Source: Deltaproteobacteria bacterium
Lineage (GTDB): Bacteria; Myxococcota_A; Bradymonadia; UBA7976; VGTA01
NCBI GenBank assembly: GCA_016874875.1
Contig: VGTA01000001.1
Span: 1-37,224 of the forward strand
Length of the DNA stretch: 37,224 nucleotides
Direction: 5' to 3'
The translations under genes were made by a program, and so were the position numbers. Position 1 is the first letter of the stretch, and each line of letters opens with the position of its first letter. Below the pieces are notes generated by a model. The model had not been told where the DNA came from, made no database searches, and worked only from the letters and a program-made list of their open reading frames with translations. Shown piece by piece: positions 8,941 to 23,971 of the stretch.

Positions 8941-8993
8941 GTCGCGCCTCAACCGTCGCGCCTCAACCGCGACCTGAGGGCGCGACCTGAGGA
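8941..8993. repeat. Two adjacent tandem duplications: gtcgcgcctcaacc x2, then gcgacctgagg(g/a) x2
   Basis: Direct reading in the rplK leader. Confidence 0.9.
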
Positions 8994-9012
8994 CCACCCC
9001 CTAGAGGACCCC

Positions 9013-9438
9013 ATGGCAAAAGAAATCACCGGCTACATCAAGCTGCAGATCCCCGCAGGGGCTGCCAACCCCTCGCCCCCCGTGGGCCCCGCGCTCGGCC
9101 AGCGCGGCGTGAACATCATGCAGTTCGTGAAGGAGTTCAACGCTCGCACGCTCGATCAGAAGGGCACCATCGTCCCCGTGGTGCTCACGGTCTACAAGGA
9201 CCGCTCGTTCACCTTCATCGTCAAGAGCCCCCCCGCGCCCATCCTCCTGCTCAAGGCGGCCGGCGTGCAGAAGGGCTCCGCGGAGCCCAACAAGACCAAG
9301 GTCGGCGCCGTGAGCGCCGCCCAGGTCCGCCAGATCGCCGAGACCAAGCTCGCTGACCTGAACACGGACAGCCTCGAGAGCGCCATGCGCTCCGTGCGCG
9401 GCACCGCGCGCTCCATGGGCATCACCGTCAACGACTGA
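9013..9438 (+). CDS. rplK: 50S ribosomal protein L11
   Basis: [43 protein letters not shown] is the L11 hallmark. Confidence 0.97.
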   Translation: MAKEITGYIKLQIPAGAANPSPPVGPALGQRGVNIMQFVKEFNARTLDQKGTIVPVVLTVYKDRSFTFIVKSPPAPILLLKAAGVQKGSAEPNKTKVGAVSAAQVRQIAETKLADLNTDSLESAMRSVRGTARSMGITVND

Positions 9439-9441
9439 GAG

Positions 9442-9469
9442 CCCCCGAGCTGAGGCCCCCGAGCTGAGG
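9442..9469. repeat. Perfect tandem 14-mer cccccgagctgagg x2
   Basis: Direct reading. It begins 4 nt after the rplK stop codon. Confidence 0.95.
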
Positions 9470-9560
9470 CCCCTCCCCCTAAGCCCCTGGGAGCGCGCGG
9501 CGTGTGCGCACCACCACACCAGGGCGTCCCACACTCACCCCACCACAAAGGGAATCCAAC

Positions 9561-10268
9561 ATGCCCAAGAGAGGCAAGCAGCATCGCGCGATGGCCGCCC
9601 AGGTCGACCGCTCGCGCGCCTACACCGCCGCTGACGCCATAGCGATCCTCAAGAAGGTCCGCTACGCTAAGTTTGACGAGACGGTCGAGGTCTCCCTGAA
9701 CCTCGGCGTCAACCCCCGCCACGCCGACCAGATGGTCCGCGGCGCGGTGGTCTTCCCCAACGGCCTCGGCAAGAAGGTCCGCGTGCTCGTGTTCGCCAAG
9801 GGCGACAAGGAGAACGAGGCCCGCGACGCCGGCGCTGACTACGTGGGCGGCATGGACTACGTGGAGAAGATCCAGAACGAGGGCTGGCTCGACTTTGACG
9901 CCGCCGTCGCCACCCCCGACATGATGGGCGTGGTGGGCCGCATCGCCCGCATCCTCGGCCCCCGCGGCCTCATGCCCAACCCCAAGGTCGGCACCGTGAC
10001 GTTTGACGTCGCCAACGCCGTCCGCGAGATGAAGGCGGGCCGCGCGGAGTTCCGCGTCGACAAGGCCGGCATCATCCACGTGCCCATCGGTAAGGTGTCG
10101 TTTGATGACCAGAAGCTGGTCGAGAACCTCGCCACGCTCATGGAGCTCATCATGCGCCTCAAGCCCTCCACCTCCAAGGGTGTCTATCTCAAGCGCGCCA
10201 CCATCTCCTCGACGATGGGCCCTGGGATTCCCCTTGACACGAGCGCGATCACGAGCCATACCGCTTGA
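9561..10268 (+). CDS. rplA: 50S ribosomal protein L1
   Basis: [63 protein letters not shown]. The start is moved to ATG 9561 inside track ORF 9504..10268. Confidence 0.95.
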   Translation: MPKRGKQHRAMAAQVDRSRAYTAADAIAILKKVRYAKFDETVEVSLNLGVNPRHADQMVRGAVVFPNGLGKKVRVLVFAKGDKENEARDAGADYVGGMDYVEKIQNEGWLDFDAAVATPDMMGVVGRIARILGPRGLMPNPKVGTVTFDVANAVREMKAGRAEFRVDKAGIIHVPIGKVSFDDQKLVENLATLMELIMRLKPSTSKGVYLKRATISSTMGPGIPLDTSAITSHTA

Positions 10269-10492
10269 GCTCCGCGCGCCCAGGCGCGCCCCGCACCCCC
10301 TGACCCACTCACACCCCACCCCAGGACCAACCACAGACAGCTGGTGCGCACGCGCTTAAATGACGCCGTGGCGACCGCGCGGACCCCGCGCGGCGCTCGG
10401 CGCTCAGCCCGCCGAGGGAGGCCCCACAGCTCTCGTAGCTGCTCCTTCGTTGTCGCTCTCTGCTTCTGGGACTAGAGAGAAGGAACAACACC
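10269..10492 (+). promoter_or_regulatory. 224-nt untranslated leader of rplJ-rplL (candidate L10 autoregulatory leader)
   Basis: This is a long non-coding gap with GC hairpins at the position where L10(L12)4-binding leaders occur in many bacteria. I did not verify the structure. Confidence 0.3.
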
Positions 10493-11014
10493 GTGAACCG
10501 CGAACAGAAGACACAAGCCATCGAGCGCCTCCAGAGCGCGCTCGCCTCGGCGCCCTCTGTGGTCGTGGCGGGCTTTAGCGGCTTGACCGTGGAGGCGACC
10601 GACAAGCTGCGCAGCGAGCTGCGCAAGTCGGGCGTCTCGTATGAGGTTGTGAAGAACACCCTCGTCAAGCGCGCCATCGCCGGCACCGACAAGGAGGGCA
10701 TGGGCGCCCTCCTCAAGGGCAACTCCGCCATCGCCTTCCACAGCGAGGACCCCGCCCTCCCCGCCAAGCTCCTCAAGGACTTCGCCAAGACCAACGCCGC
10801 GCTCACCCTGCGCGGCGGCTGGGTCGCCGGTGACGTCCTCGACGCCGCCGGCGTGGAGGTCCTCTCCAAGCTGCCCGGCAAGAACGAGCTCCGCGCTCAG
10901 CTCCTGAGCCTCTTTAGCGCCCCCGCCTCGAGCTTCGCCCGCCTCCTGCAGGCCAAGCTCGACCAGGCCAACGGCGGCGCTGAGGCGACCTCCGAGGCGT
11001 CCGCTGAGGCCTGA
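10493..11014 (+). CDS. rplJ: 50S ribosomal protein L10
   Basis: GTG start. MNREQKTQAIERLQSALASAPSVVVAGFSGLTVEATDKLRSELRK. It lies between rplA and rplL. Confidence 0.93.
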   Translation: MNREQKTQAIERLQSALASAPSVVVAGFSGLTVEATDKLRSELRKSGVSYEVVKNTLVKRAIAGTDKEGMGALLKGNSAIAFHSEDPALPAKLLKDFAKTNAALTLRGGWVAGDVLDAAGVEVLSKLPGKNELRAQLLSLFSAPASSFARLLQAKLDQANGGAEATSEASAEA

Positions 11015-11108
11015 GTCCTCCCGCGCCTCGCTCCCCCCTAGACCCCACGCGACAGCACCCACGACAGCGTAACAGACAGCGCACCGCGCAACCGTAAGGA
11101 CAGAGACA

Positions 11109-11480
11109 ATGAGCATCTCCAAGAACGACGTGATCGACTTCCTCAGCAACCTCTCCATCATCGAGATGGCCAACCTCGTCAAGGAGCTCGAGGGCAAGTG
11201 GGGCGTCAGCGCCGCCGCCCCCGTGGCCGTCGCCGCCGCCGCCGTCGAGGCCCCCGTGGTGGAGGAGCAGACCGAGTTCACCGTGATCCTCAAGGACGGC
11301 GGCGCCAAGAAGGTGAACGTGATCAAGGTCATCCGCGAGCTCACCAGCCTCGGCCTCAAGGAGGCCAAGGACCTCGTCGACCAGGCCCCCAACACCGTCA
11401 AGGAGGCCGTGTCCAAGACCGAGGCCGCCGACATCAAGAAGAAGCTCGAGGAGGCCGGCGCCACTGTCGAGGTCAAGTGA
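11109..11480 (+). CDS. rplL: 50S ribosomal protein L7/L12
   Basis: It has an Ala-rich hinge and the C-terminal block [51 protein letters not shown]. Confidence 0.97.
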   Translation: MSISKNDVIDFLSNLSIIEMANLVKELEGKWGVSAAAPVAVAAAAVEAPVVEEQTEFTVILKDGGAKKVNVIKVIRELTSLGLKEAKDLVDQAPNTVKEAVSKTEAADIKKKLEEAGATVEVK

Positions 11481-11542
11481 CTCGCAGAGGCCCCGAGGGG
11501 CTGAGCCCCACCCCCTGCTACGGCAGGAGATAAGAGGCGCCA

Positions 11543-11600
11543 CGCGCGCCCCTTCGCGGGGCCGCGTGAGTGGTCTCTTTGTTTTTTATCTGTTTTTTAT
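11543..11600 (+). terminator. Terminator/attenuator-like hairpin plus T-rich tract between rplL and rpoB
   Basis: The stem cgcgcgcccc / ggggc(c)gcgtg has one bulge and the loop ttcgc. It is followed by tctctttgttttttatctgttttttatt, in which tgttttttat is duplicated. A partial terminator is known at this position in the rplKAJL-rpoBC operon. Confidence 0.55.
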
Positions 11601-11775
11601 TCCCATGTTCTGAGGCGCGCCCCTGCGCGCCGCTGCGACGAGGGCGCTCCCTGGATGATATCGAGCGGAGCCCCTAGCAAGCTCCTGAGGCAGACGCCTC
11701 TCGCGCCGGCTCGCGATGCGAGCCCCCCTCTAGCCCCCAAACGCTCGTCCCTCACGCGCTCAGAGAGGAGTCCCT

Positions 11776-16890
<5,115 letters not shown>

Positions 16891-16933
16891 CCCGCTCGCG
16901 CGGCGCCCTCGGCGGCCGCGTGGGCGAAATCTC

Positions 16934-16962
16934 TTGACGACATCGCCCGCTTCCTATATGTG
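16934..16962 (+). promoter_or_regulatory. Sigma70-like promoter upstream of rpsL
   Basis: TTGACG is followed by TATATG/ATATGT/TATGTG at a spacing of 15, 16 or 17 nt, so the exact -10 register is ambiguous. Confidence 0.4.
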
Positions 16963-17060
16963 AGCCTTCCTTGGGGTAGGCTCACCTCCGCCGGTCGCCT
17001 CGGGCGCTCGGCGTGGCGCGATTTCCCCCGCGCCGCCTCGCGCGCACTCTCGCCTCGCCC

Positions 17061-17140
17061 GATCCCTCCCGATCCCTCCCGATCCCTCCCCTCCCACTCC
17101 TCCCACCCCACCCACCCTCTCCCCCCACCCACCACCAGCG
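17061..17140. repeat. C-rich, nearly G-free tract including gatccctccc x3
   Basis: Direct reading: gatccctccc gatccctccc gatccctccc ctcccactcctcccaccccacccaccctctccccccacccaccacc. Almost the only G residues are those in the three gatc units. Confidence 0.95.
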
Positions 17141-17147
17141 AGTCACT

Positions 17148-17525
17148 ATGCCGACGATTAGCCAGCTGGTCCGTAAGGGACGCCAGGACAAGGCCGACAA
17201 GACGTCGACGCCTGCCCTCAAGAGCTGCCCGCAGCGCCGCGGCGTCTGCGTGCGCGTCTACACGGCCACTCCCAAGAAGCCCAACTCCGCCATGCGTAAG
17301 GTCGCCCGCGTGCGCCTCACCACCGGCATCGAGGTCACCAGCTACATCCCCGGTGAGAAGCACAACCTCCAGGAGCACTCCGTGGTCCTCGTCCGCGGCG
17401 GTCGCGTGAAGGACCTCCCCGGCGTCCGCTACCACATCATCCGCGGCACGCAGGACACCTCCGGCGTGGACAACGGCCGCAACCAGGGCCGCTCCAAGTA
17501 CGGCGTCAAGCGCCCCAAGAAGTAA
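17148..17525 (+). CDS. rpsL: 30S ribosomal protein S12
   Basis: [67 protein letters not shown]. The start is moved to ATG 17148; the track extension from 17013 merely translates the C-tract. Confidence 0.97.
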   Translation: MPTISQLVRKGRQDKADKTSTPALKSCPQRRGVCVRVYTATPKKPNSAMRKVARVRLTTGIEVTSYIPGEKHNLQEHSVVLVRGGRVKDLPGVRYHIIRGTQDTSGVDNGRNQGRSKYGVKRPKK

Positions 17526-17599
17526 GGTGAGGCGCGCGGCGCCCTGCGCCGCGGTGCCCTGCCCTCCCCCTGCGACGTCGCCGGGCGGCTGGGCAGACC

Positions 17600-17640
17600 A
17601 AGCGCGTTAAGCGCGTCAAGCGCGTCAAGCGCCCCAAGAA
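17600..17640. repeat. Tandem 9-mer aagcgcgt(t/c), about 4 copies, ending in a 17-nt exact copy of the rpsL 3' end
   Basis: gtcaagcgccccaagaa occurs at 17624-17640 and, identically, at 17505-17521, the last codons of rpsL. Confidence 0.9.
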
Positions 17641-17668
17641 CTCAAGAAGATCAGAAAGAGAGAGCTGA

Positions 17669-18139
17669 ATGCCTCGTCGCCGCGAAGTGCCTAAGCGGGA
17701 AATTTTACCTGAGTCCAAGTTTGGCGATCTGTTGCTCGCCAAGTTTATGAACTGCCTGATGACGCGTGGGAAGAAGTCCATCGCCGAGGCGGTGGTCTAT
17801 GAGGCCCTCGACGAGCTGGCTCGCCGCACGGGCGAGAGCGGCCTCGACGCCTTCAAGAAGGCCCTCGAGAACGTCAAGCCCAGCGTTGAGGTCAAGGCCC
17901 GCCGCGTGGGCGGCTCCACCTACCAGGTGCCCATGGAGATCCGCGACGCCCGCCGCGTGGCCCTCGGCATCCGCTGGGTCATCGGCTATGCGCGCAAGCG
18001 CCCCGAGAAGACCATGGCCAAGAAGCTCGCCGGCGAGCTCTTCGACGCTGTCAACAACCGCGGCAACGCGGTCAAGAAGCGCGAGGACACCCACAAGATG
18101 GCCGACGCTAACAAGGCGTTCGCGCACTACCGCTGGTAA
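17669..18139 (+). CDS. rpsG: 30S ribosomal protein S7
   Basis: [54 protein letters not shown]. Confidence 0.97.
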   Translation: MPRRREVPKREILPESKFGDLLLAKFMNCLMTRGKKSIAEAVVYEALDELARRTGESGLDAFKKALENVKPSVEVKARRVGGSTYQVPMEIRDARRVALGIRWVIGYARKRPEKTMAKKLAGELFDAVNNRGNAVKKREDTHKMADANKAFAHYRW

Positions 18140-18152
18140 GTTGAGCTAGAGC

Positions 18153-20342
18153 ATGGCGCGCCTCTCCCCCCTCGATCGAGTCCGCAATATCGGCATCATG
18201 GCCCATATTGACGCGGGCAAGACCACCACCACCGAGCGCATCCTCTATTACACGGGGAAGAGCCACAAGCTCGGTGAAGTGCACGAGGGCACCGCGGTGA
18301 TGGACTACATGGCCCAAGAGCAAGAGCGCGGGATCACCATCACCTCCGCCGCCACTACGTGCGAGTGGGCGGGGCACATCATCAACATCATCGACACCCC
18401 CGGGCACGTGGATTTCACCATCGAGGTCGAGCGCTCGCTGCGCGTCCTCGACGGCGCCATCACGGTCCTCGACGGCGTCGCCACCGTGGAGCCGCAGACG
18501 GAGACGGTGTGGGAGCAGGCGAATCGCTATCGCGTGCCCCGCGTGGTCTTTGTCAACAAGCTCGACCGCGTGGGCGCCGACATCGACGCTAACATCACCG
18601 CCCTCGTCGACCGCCTCGGCGCCAACCCCATCCAGGTGCAGCACCCCATCGGCGCGGAGGCGAGCTTCCGCGGCGTGGTGGACCTCGTCACGCTCGAGTG
18701 CCTGCTGTGGGACGACGACTCGCTGGGCGCTGAGATCTCGCGCTGCTCCCTCGCCGAGCTCGGCGACGCCGACCTCACCGATGAGGCTGAGCTGCGCCGC
18801 GAGCTCATGATCGACGCCCTCGCCGCCCTCGATGACGCCCTCGCCGCCCGCGGCGGTGACGCATCGCCCGAGGAGCTGCGCGCCGCCCTGCGCCGCGTCA
18901 CCTGCGCCCAGTTGGCCGTCCCGGTCCTCTGCGGCTCCGCCTTCAAGAACAAGGGCGTGCAGACGCTGCTCGACGCGGTGGTCGCCTACCTCCCCTCGCC
19001 TCTCGACGTCCCCCCCGTGGAGGGCTTTGAGGTGCGCGGCAAGGAGGTGCTCGCGGAGCGCGTGACGCGCGCCGCTGCCGACGACGCCCCCGCCTCGGCG
19101 CTCGCCTTCAAGATCGTGAGCGACACCTACGGGGCGCTCGCCTACCTCCGCGTCTACTCGGGGGTGATCAGGGCGGGCGACGCGCTCTTTAACGCCACCA
19201 AGGGCAAGCGCGAGCGCGTCAACCGCCTCATGCGCATGCACGCCAACCTCCGCGAGGAGATCGAGGTCGCCTATGCCGGCGACATCGTGGCGGTGGTGGG
19301 CCCCAAGGACGTGAGCACGGGCGACACGCTCTGCGCCGATGAGCACAGGCTGCTGCTCGAGAAGATAGAGTTCCCTGTGCCCGTGATGCGCGTGGCCATC
19401 GAGCCCAAGGCGACCGCGGATCAAGACAAGCTCGCGCAGGCCCTTGAGCGCCTCGCCCTCGAGGACCCGTCCTTTCAGGTCCTCACCGACCGCGAGACGG
19501 GCCAGACCCTGATCGCGGGCATGGGCGAGCTGCACCTCGAGGTCCTCGTCCGCCGCCTGGCCGACGACTTCAACGTCAAGGCCAACGTGGGCAAGATGCG
19601 CGTGGCGTACCGCGAGACGGTGACCGGCAGCGCCGAGGTGGAGCACACCTTTGAGCGCCCCTCCGCCACCGGCAAGGGCCAGTTCGGCCACTGCCGCCTC
19701 CGCGTCTCGCCCGCCTCGCGCGGCGAGGGTCTGCGGTTCTTGAGCCGCCTTCCGGCGGCGGGCGGCAGAGAAGGCGGCAGAGAAGGCGGCAGAGAAGGCG
19801 GCAGGGACGCGAAGGGCGGCAGAGCCCAAAAGCAGCCCAAGGAGGCGCGCGACGCCGCCCCCGCCTTCCCCGAGGCGCTCGCGCAGGCGATTCGCGCCAG
19901 CGTAGAGTCGATCTACTCCTCCGGCTGCATCGCGGGCTACCCGATGGTCGACCTGACCGTCGAGGTGCTCGAGGCGCGCCTCCACGAGACCGACTCCACG
20001 GAGGCCGCCTACCAGGTCGCCGCCGCGATGGCGCTCCGCGAGGCGTGCAACGCCGCCGCCCCCACGCTGCTCGAGCCCTTCATGAGCCTCGAGGTGATTC
20101 TGCCCGAGGGCGAGGACATGGGAAACATCATCGGCGACATCAACAGCCGCCGCGGCGAGATCTCCGGCGTCACCTTCCGCGGCAACAGCCAGGTGGTGAC
20201 GTCGCTGGTCCCGCTCGAGCAGATGATGGGCTACGCGACCAAGATGCGCACCATGACGCACGGCCGCGGACGCTACACCATGACCTTTGACCGCTACGCG
20301 CCCGTGTCGCCAGAGGTGGCAAAGATGTTGATGGGATTTTAA
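18153..20342 (+). CDS. fusA: Elongation factor G, divergent, with a low-complexity insert in domain IV
   Basis: [64 protein letters not shown]. It sits at the str-operon position after rpsG. The domain IV loop reads [14 protein letters not shown] rather than the usual Q-S/T-G-G-R-G-Q-Y-G-H. Confidence 0.9.
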   Translation: MARLSPLDRVRNIGIMAHIDAGKTTTTERILYYTGKSHKLGEVHEGTAVMDYMAQEQERGITITSAATTCEWAGHIINIIDTPGHVDFTIEVERSLRVLDGAITVLDGVATVEPQTETVWEQANRYRVPRVVFVNKLDRVGADIDANITALVDRLGANPIQVQHPIGAEASFRGVVDLVTLECLLWDDDSLGAEISRCSLAELGDADLTDEAELRRELMIDALAALDDALAARGGDASPEELRAALRRVTCAQLAVPVLCGSAFKNKGVQTLLDAVVAYLPSPLDVPPVEGFEVRGKEVLAERVTRAAADDAPASALAFKIVSDTYGALAYLRVYSGVIRAGDALFNATKGKRERVNRLMRMHANLREEIEVAYAGDIVAVVGPKDVSTGDTLCADEHRLLLEKIEFPVPVMRVAIEPKATADQDKLAQALERLALEDPSFQVLTDRETGQTLIAGMGELHLEVLVRRLADDFNVKANVGKMRVAYRETVTGSAEVEHTFERPSATGKGQFGHCRLRVSPASRGEGLRFLSRLPAAGGREGGREGGREGGRDAKGGRAQKQPKEARDAAPAFPEALAQAIRASVESIYSSGCIAGYPMVDLTVEVLEARLHETDSTEAAYQVAAAMALREACNAAAPTLLEPFMSLEVILPEGEDMGNIIGDINSRRGEISGVTFRGNSQVVTSLVPLEQMMGYATKMRTMTHGRGRYTMTFDRYAPVSPEVAKMLMGF
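19761..19808. repeat. Tandem 12-mer ggcggcagagaa, 3 perfect copies plus 1 degenerate
   Basis: Direct reading. It is in frame and encodes [16 protein letters not shown] inside fusA. Confidence 0.95.
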
Positions 20343-20350
20343 GGTTCTTG

Positions 20351-20379
20351 TTGACCTGCGCACAGAAAACCATTAAGAG
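20351..20379 (+). promoter_or_regulatory. Sigma70-like promoter upstream of rpsJ
   Basis: TTGACC, then 17 nt, then TAAGAG. It begins 9 nt after the fusA stop. Confidence 0.4.
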
Positions 20380-20459
20380 GTCTGCCCGCGCGGTAGGCCG
20401 GTGGCGTCATGCTCAATCGCTCGCCCCATCATGCACCTAGATCAGGAGATCCGTAAACT

Positions 20460-20774
<315 letters not shown>

Positions 20775-20793
20775 GGACACAGGGAAAATAATC

Positions 20794-21471
20794 ATGGCTC
20801 AGCTTAAAGTCATCAATCAGAACGGTGATGAGCTTGACACGATCGAGGTCAACGACGCCGTCTTTGGCGTTGAGGTCCGCGAGCACCTCTTCTATGAGGT
20901 GGTGAAGTGGCAGCTCGCCAAGCGCCGCGCGGGCACCGCGAGCACCAAGGGTCGCAGCGAGGTCGCGGGCGGCGGCATCAAGCCGTACAAGCAGAAGGGC
21001 ACCGGCCGCGCTCGCCAGGGCTCCATCGTCGCCCCGAACCACGTGGGCGGCGGCATCGTGCACGGCCCCAAGCCGCGCAGCTACGCCTACAACATCTCCA
21101 AGAAGCTCCGCCGCGCCGCCCTGTGCAGCGCGCTCACCAAGCGCGCGCAGGAGGGCCGCCTCCTGGTGGTCCGCGACCTCGGCCTCGATGAGGTGAAGAC
21201 CAAGACGGCCTCCGCCATCTTCACCAAGATCGCCAAGGACCCCAGCGAGAGCAAGGTGGCCAAGCGCCGCAGCTGCAAGGCCAACGCCCTCATCATCGGC
21301 CCCCGCGCCGAGGCGGACAGCGCGCTCAAGAACCTCAAGCTCTCCGTGCGCAACCTCCCCAAGGTGAACTACCTGCCCGTCGAGGGCCTCAACGTCTACG
21401 ACATCCTCAACCACCGCTTCCTCGTGCTCCGCGAGCCCGAGGTGCGCCACCTTGAGGAGATCTTGGGTTAA
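20794..21471 (+). CDS. rplD: 50S ribosomal protein L4
   Basis: [35 protein letters not shown] is the L4 signature and does not fit L3. Confidence 0.95.
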   Translation: MAQLKVINQNGDELDTIEVNDAVFGVEVREHLFYEVVKWQLAKRRAGTASTKGRSEVAGGGIKPYKQKGTGRARQGSIVAPNHVGGGIVHGPKPRSYAYNISKKLRRAALCSALTKRAQEGRLLVVRDLGLDEVKTKTASAIFTKIAKDPSESKVAKRRSCKANALIIGPRAEADSALKNLKLSVRNLPKVNYLPVEGLNVYDILNHRFLVLREPEVRHLEEILG

Positions 21472-21473
21472 TC

Positions 21474-21815
21474 ATGAGCCACAAAGAGATCCACCGCATC
21501 ATCAAGCGCCCCGTCTTCAGCGAGAAGAGCATGACCCTCAAGGAGAACCTGAACAAGGTGACCTTTGAGGTGGACCGCGACGCCAACAAGCTCGAGATCC
21601 GCGAGGCCATCGAGGCCCTCCTCGGCGCCAAGGTCAAGGCCGTGAACACCCTGATCGTTCGCGGCAAGAGCAAGCGCATGGGCCGCTTCAGCGGCCGCCG
21701 CTCCAACTGGAAGAAGGCCGTCGTGACCCTCGCCGAGGGCTCGTCCGTGGCGGCCTTTGACCTGATGGACCAGTTCAACGAGGTCGACGCTGACGGCGCC
21801 GGGGAGAATCAGTAA
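21474..21815 (+). CDS. rplW: 50S ribosomal protein L23
   Basis: [52 protein letters not shown]. It lies between rplD and rplB. Confidence 0.95.
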   Translation: MSHKEIHRIIKRPVFSEKSMTLKENLNKVTFEVDRDANKLEIREAIEALLGAKVKAVNTLIVRGKSKRMGRFSGRRSNWKKAVVTLAEGSSVAAFDLMDQFNEVDADGAGENQ

Positions 21816-21817
21816 TC

Positions 21818-22645
21818 ATGGCGATGAAGAAGTTTAAGCCCACGTCGGCAGGTCGCCGCGGCATGACCGTGAGCGACTTTGAGGAAATCACCACCGACAA
21901 GCCCTTCAAGGGCCTCACCACCGCCCTCCGCAAGCGCGCCGGCCGCAACGTCCACGGCCACATCACCGTGCGCCGCCGCGGCGGTGGCCACAAGCGCCGC
22001 TACCGCATCATCGACTTCCGCCGCGACAAGTTCGGCGTGCCCGCCCGCGTGACCACGATCGAGTACGATCCCAACCGCAGCGCCCGCATCGCCCTCCTCA
22101 CGTACGTCGACGGCGAGCGCCGCTACATCCTCGCCCCCGACGGCCTCGCCGTGGGCCAGGAGGTGCTCTCGGCGCGCGACGCGGACGTGCGCCCCGGCAA
22201 CAGCCTGCCCCTGCGCAACATCCCCCTCGGCACCATCGTGCACGCCGTGGAGCTCAAGATCGGCGCCGGCGCCAAGCTGTGCCGCGCCGCCGGCGTGGGC
22301 GCGCAGCTGCTGGCCAAGGACGGCGACTGGAGCCAGCTCCGCCTGCCCTCCGGCGAGGTCCGCATGGTGCACCTGAACTGCCGCGCCACGGTGGGCCAGG
22401 TGGGCAACGCCGAGCACCAGAACATTAGCCTCGGCAAGGCCGGTCGCGCGCGCTGGCTCGGCTGCCGCCCCGCCGTCCGCGGTACGGCGATGAACCCCGT
22501 GGATCACCCCCACGGCGGTGGTGAGGGTCGCACCTCCGGTGGTCGTCACCCCGTGACGCCCTGGGGCATCCCCACCAAGGGCAAGAAGACCCGCAAGAAC
22601 AAGCGCACCAGCGCCTTCATCGTCCGCCGCCGCAACAGCAAGTAA
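21818..22645 (+). CDS. rplB: 50S ribosomal protein L2
   Basis: [55 protein letters not shown]. Confidence 0.97.
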   Translation: MAMKKFKPTSAGRRGMTVSDFEEITTDKPFKGLTTALRKRAGRNVHGHITVRRRGGGHKRRYRIIDFRRDKFGVPARVTTIEYDPNRSARIALLTYVDGERRYILAPDGLAVGQEVLSARDADVRPGNSLPLRNIPLGTIVHAVELKIGAGAKLCRAAGVGAQLLAKDGDWSQLRLPSGEVRMVHLNCRATVGQVGNAEHQNISLGKAGRARWLGCRPAVRGTAMNPVDHPHGGGEGRTSGGRHPVTPWGIPTKGKKTRKNKRTSAFIVRRRNSK

Positions 22646-22659
22646 GAGGAACCTGACAG

Positions 22660-22938
22660 ATGCCACGTTCACTGCGCAAGGGGCCGTTCGTCGACCTCTA
22701 CCTCATCAAGAAGTCGGACGCCGCCAAGGCCGCCGGCGGCCACTCGGTCATCAAGACCTGGTCGCGTCGCTCTACCATCCTCCCCAACTTCGTGGGCCAG
22801 ACCTTCGCCGTCCACAACGGTAAGAAGTTCATCACCGTCTATGTGACCGAGAACATGGTCGGCCACAAGCTCGGTGAGTTCTCGCCCACCCGCAACTTCA
22901 AGAGCCACGTCGCCGACAAGAAGGGCAAGAAGAAGTAA
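22660..22938 (+). CDS. rpsS: 30S ribosomal protein S19
   Basis: [54 protein letters not shown]. Confidence 0.97.
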   Translation: MPRSLRKGPFVDLYLIKKSDAAKAAGGHSVIKTWSRRSTILPNFVGQTFAVHNGKKFITVYVTENMVGHKLGEFSPTRNFKSHVADKKGKKK

Positions 22939-23279
22939 TGAAGGCTACGCTTCGCTTCCTGCGCGTCTCTCCCCGTAAGACGCGCCTCGTCGCCGACCTC
23001 GTCCGCGGTAAGTCCGTGAACGACGCCGTGTTCGCCCTCTCCGTCACCCGCCGCGCGGCGAGCGAGCCCATCAGCAAGCTCATCCAGAGCGCGATGGCCA
23101 ACGCGCTCCGCGGCGCTGAGGAGCAAAATCAGGAGATCAGCACGGACGGCTTGTTTATCCAAGAGATTTATGTCAATGAGGGGCCCACGCTGAAGCGCTT
23201 CCGCCCCCGCGCCATGGGCCGCGCTACGCGCATTGACAAGCGTACCAGCCACGTGACCTGCGTCCTGGCTAAGCGATAA
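22938..23279 (+). CDS. rplV: 50S ribosomal protein L22
   Basis: ATLRFLRVSPRKTRLVADLVRGKSVNDA..EGPTLKRFRPRAMGRATRIDKRTSH. The start overlaps the rpsS stop (taatg). Confidence 0.96.
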   Translation: MKATLRFLRVSPRKTRLVADLVRGKSVNDAVFALSVTRRAASEPISKLIQSAMANALRGAEEQNQEISTDGLFIQEIYVNEGPTLKRFRPRAMGRATRIDKRTSHVTCVLAKR

Positions 23280-23291
23280 GAGAGGAACATC

Positions 23292-23954
23292 GTGGGACAG
23301 AAGACCAACCCCATCGGTTTTAGGCTCGGCGTCATCCGCACTTGGAGCTCCAAGTGGTACGAGGAGAAGAAGTACGCCAAGTGGCTGCACGAGGACATCA
23401 AGATCCGCGCGCACATCAAGAAGAAGCTGTACAAGGCCGGCATCTCCCGCGTGGAGATCGACCGCCTCTCCGACGGCAAGGACGACAAGGTGCGCGTCAC
23501 GATCTTCAGCGCGCGCCCCGGTCAGATCATCGGCGCTGACGGCAAGTCGCACCGCGACCTCAAGAAGGAGATCAGCGAGCTCACCAAGAGCGAGATCTTC
23601 CTCACCATCGAGGAGGTCAAGAAGGTGAACCTCGACGCCACCCTCGTGGCCGAGAACATCGCCGCGCAGCTCGAGAACCGCACCGCCTTCCGCCGCGCCC
23701 TCAAGCGCACGATGCAGAACTGCGTCAAGGACGGCGCCAGCGGGATCCGCGTGTCCGCCTCCGGCCGCCTCGGCGGCGCGGAGATGGGCAAGTTCGAGTG
23801 GTACCGCGAGGGCCGCGTGCCCCTGCACACCCTCCGCGCCAACATCGACTACGGCACCGCGCTCGCGCACACCACCTACGGCGTGATCGGCATCAAGTGC
23901 TGGATCTTCAAGGGCGAGGTCCTCGACCGCAAGGCCCCCCTCACGGTCCGCTGA
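23292..23954 (+). CDS. rpsC: 30S ribosomal protein S3
   Basis: GTG start. [52 protein letters not shown]. Confidence 0.97.
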   Translation: MGQKTNPIGFRLGVIRTWSSKWYEEKKYAKWLHEDIKIRAHIKKKLYKAGISRVEIDRLSDGKDDKVRVTIFSARPGQIIGADGKSHRDLKKEISELTKSEIFLTIEEVKKVNLDATLVAENIAAQLENRTAFRRALKRTMQNCVKDGASGIRVSASGRLGGAEMGKFEWYREGRVPLHTLRANIDYGTALAHTTYGVIGIKCWIFKGEVLDRKAPLTVR

Positions 23955-23971
23955 AAAGCTAGAGGTACACC

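Noticed and set aside
17013-17147. An N-terminal 45-aa extension of S12 suggested by the track ORF.
   Set aside because: The extension is a Pro/Ser/Leu string produced by translating the C-rich repeat tract. S12 orthologs begin at MPTI(S/N)QL, which matches ATG 17148.
18108-20363. A 751-aa minus-strand ORF antisense to fusA. Similar shadows are 2294..4033 (antisense to proS), 33246..35519 (antisense to ligA), 5618..6589 (antisense to tuf) and 9192..10334.
   Set aside because: The same high-GC antisense artefact applies. The sense strands carry definitive EF-G, ProRS, LigA, EF-Tu and L11/L1 motifs.
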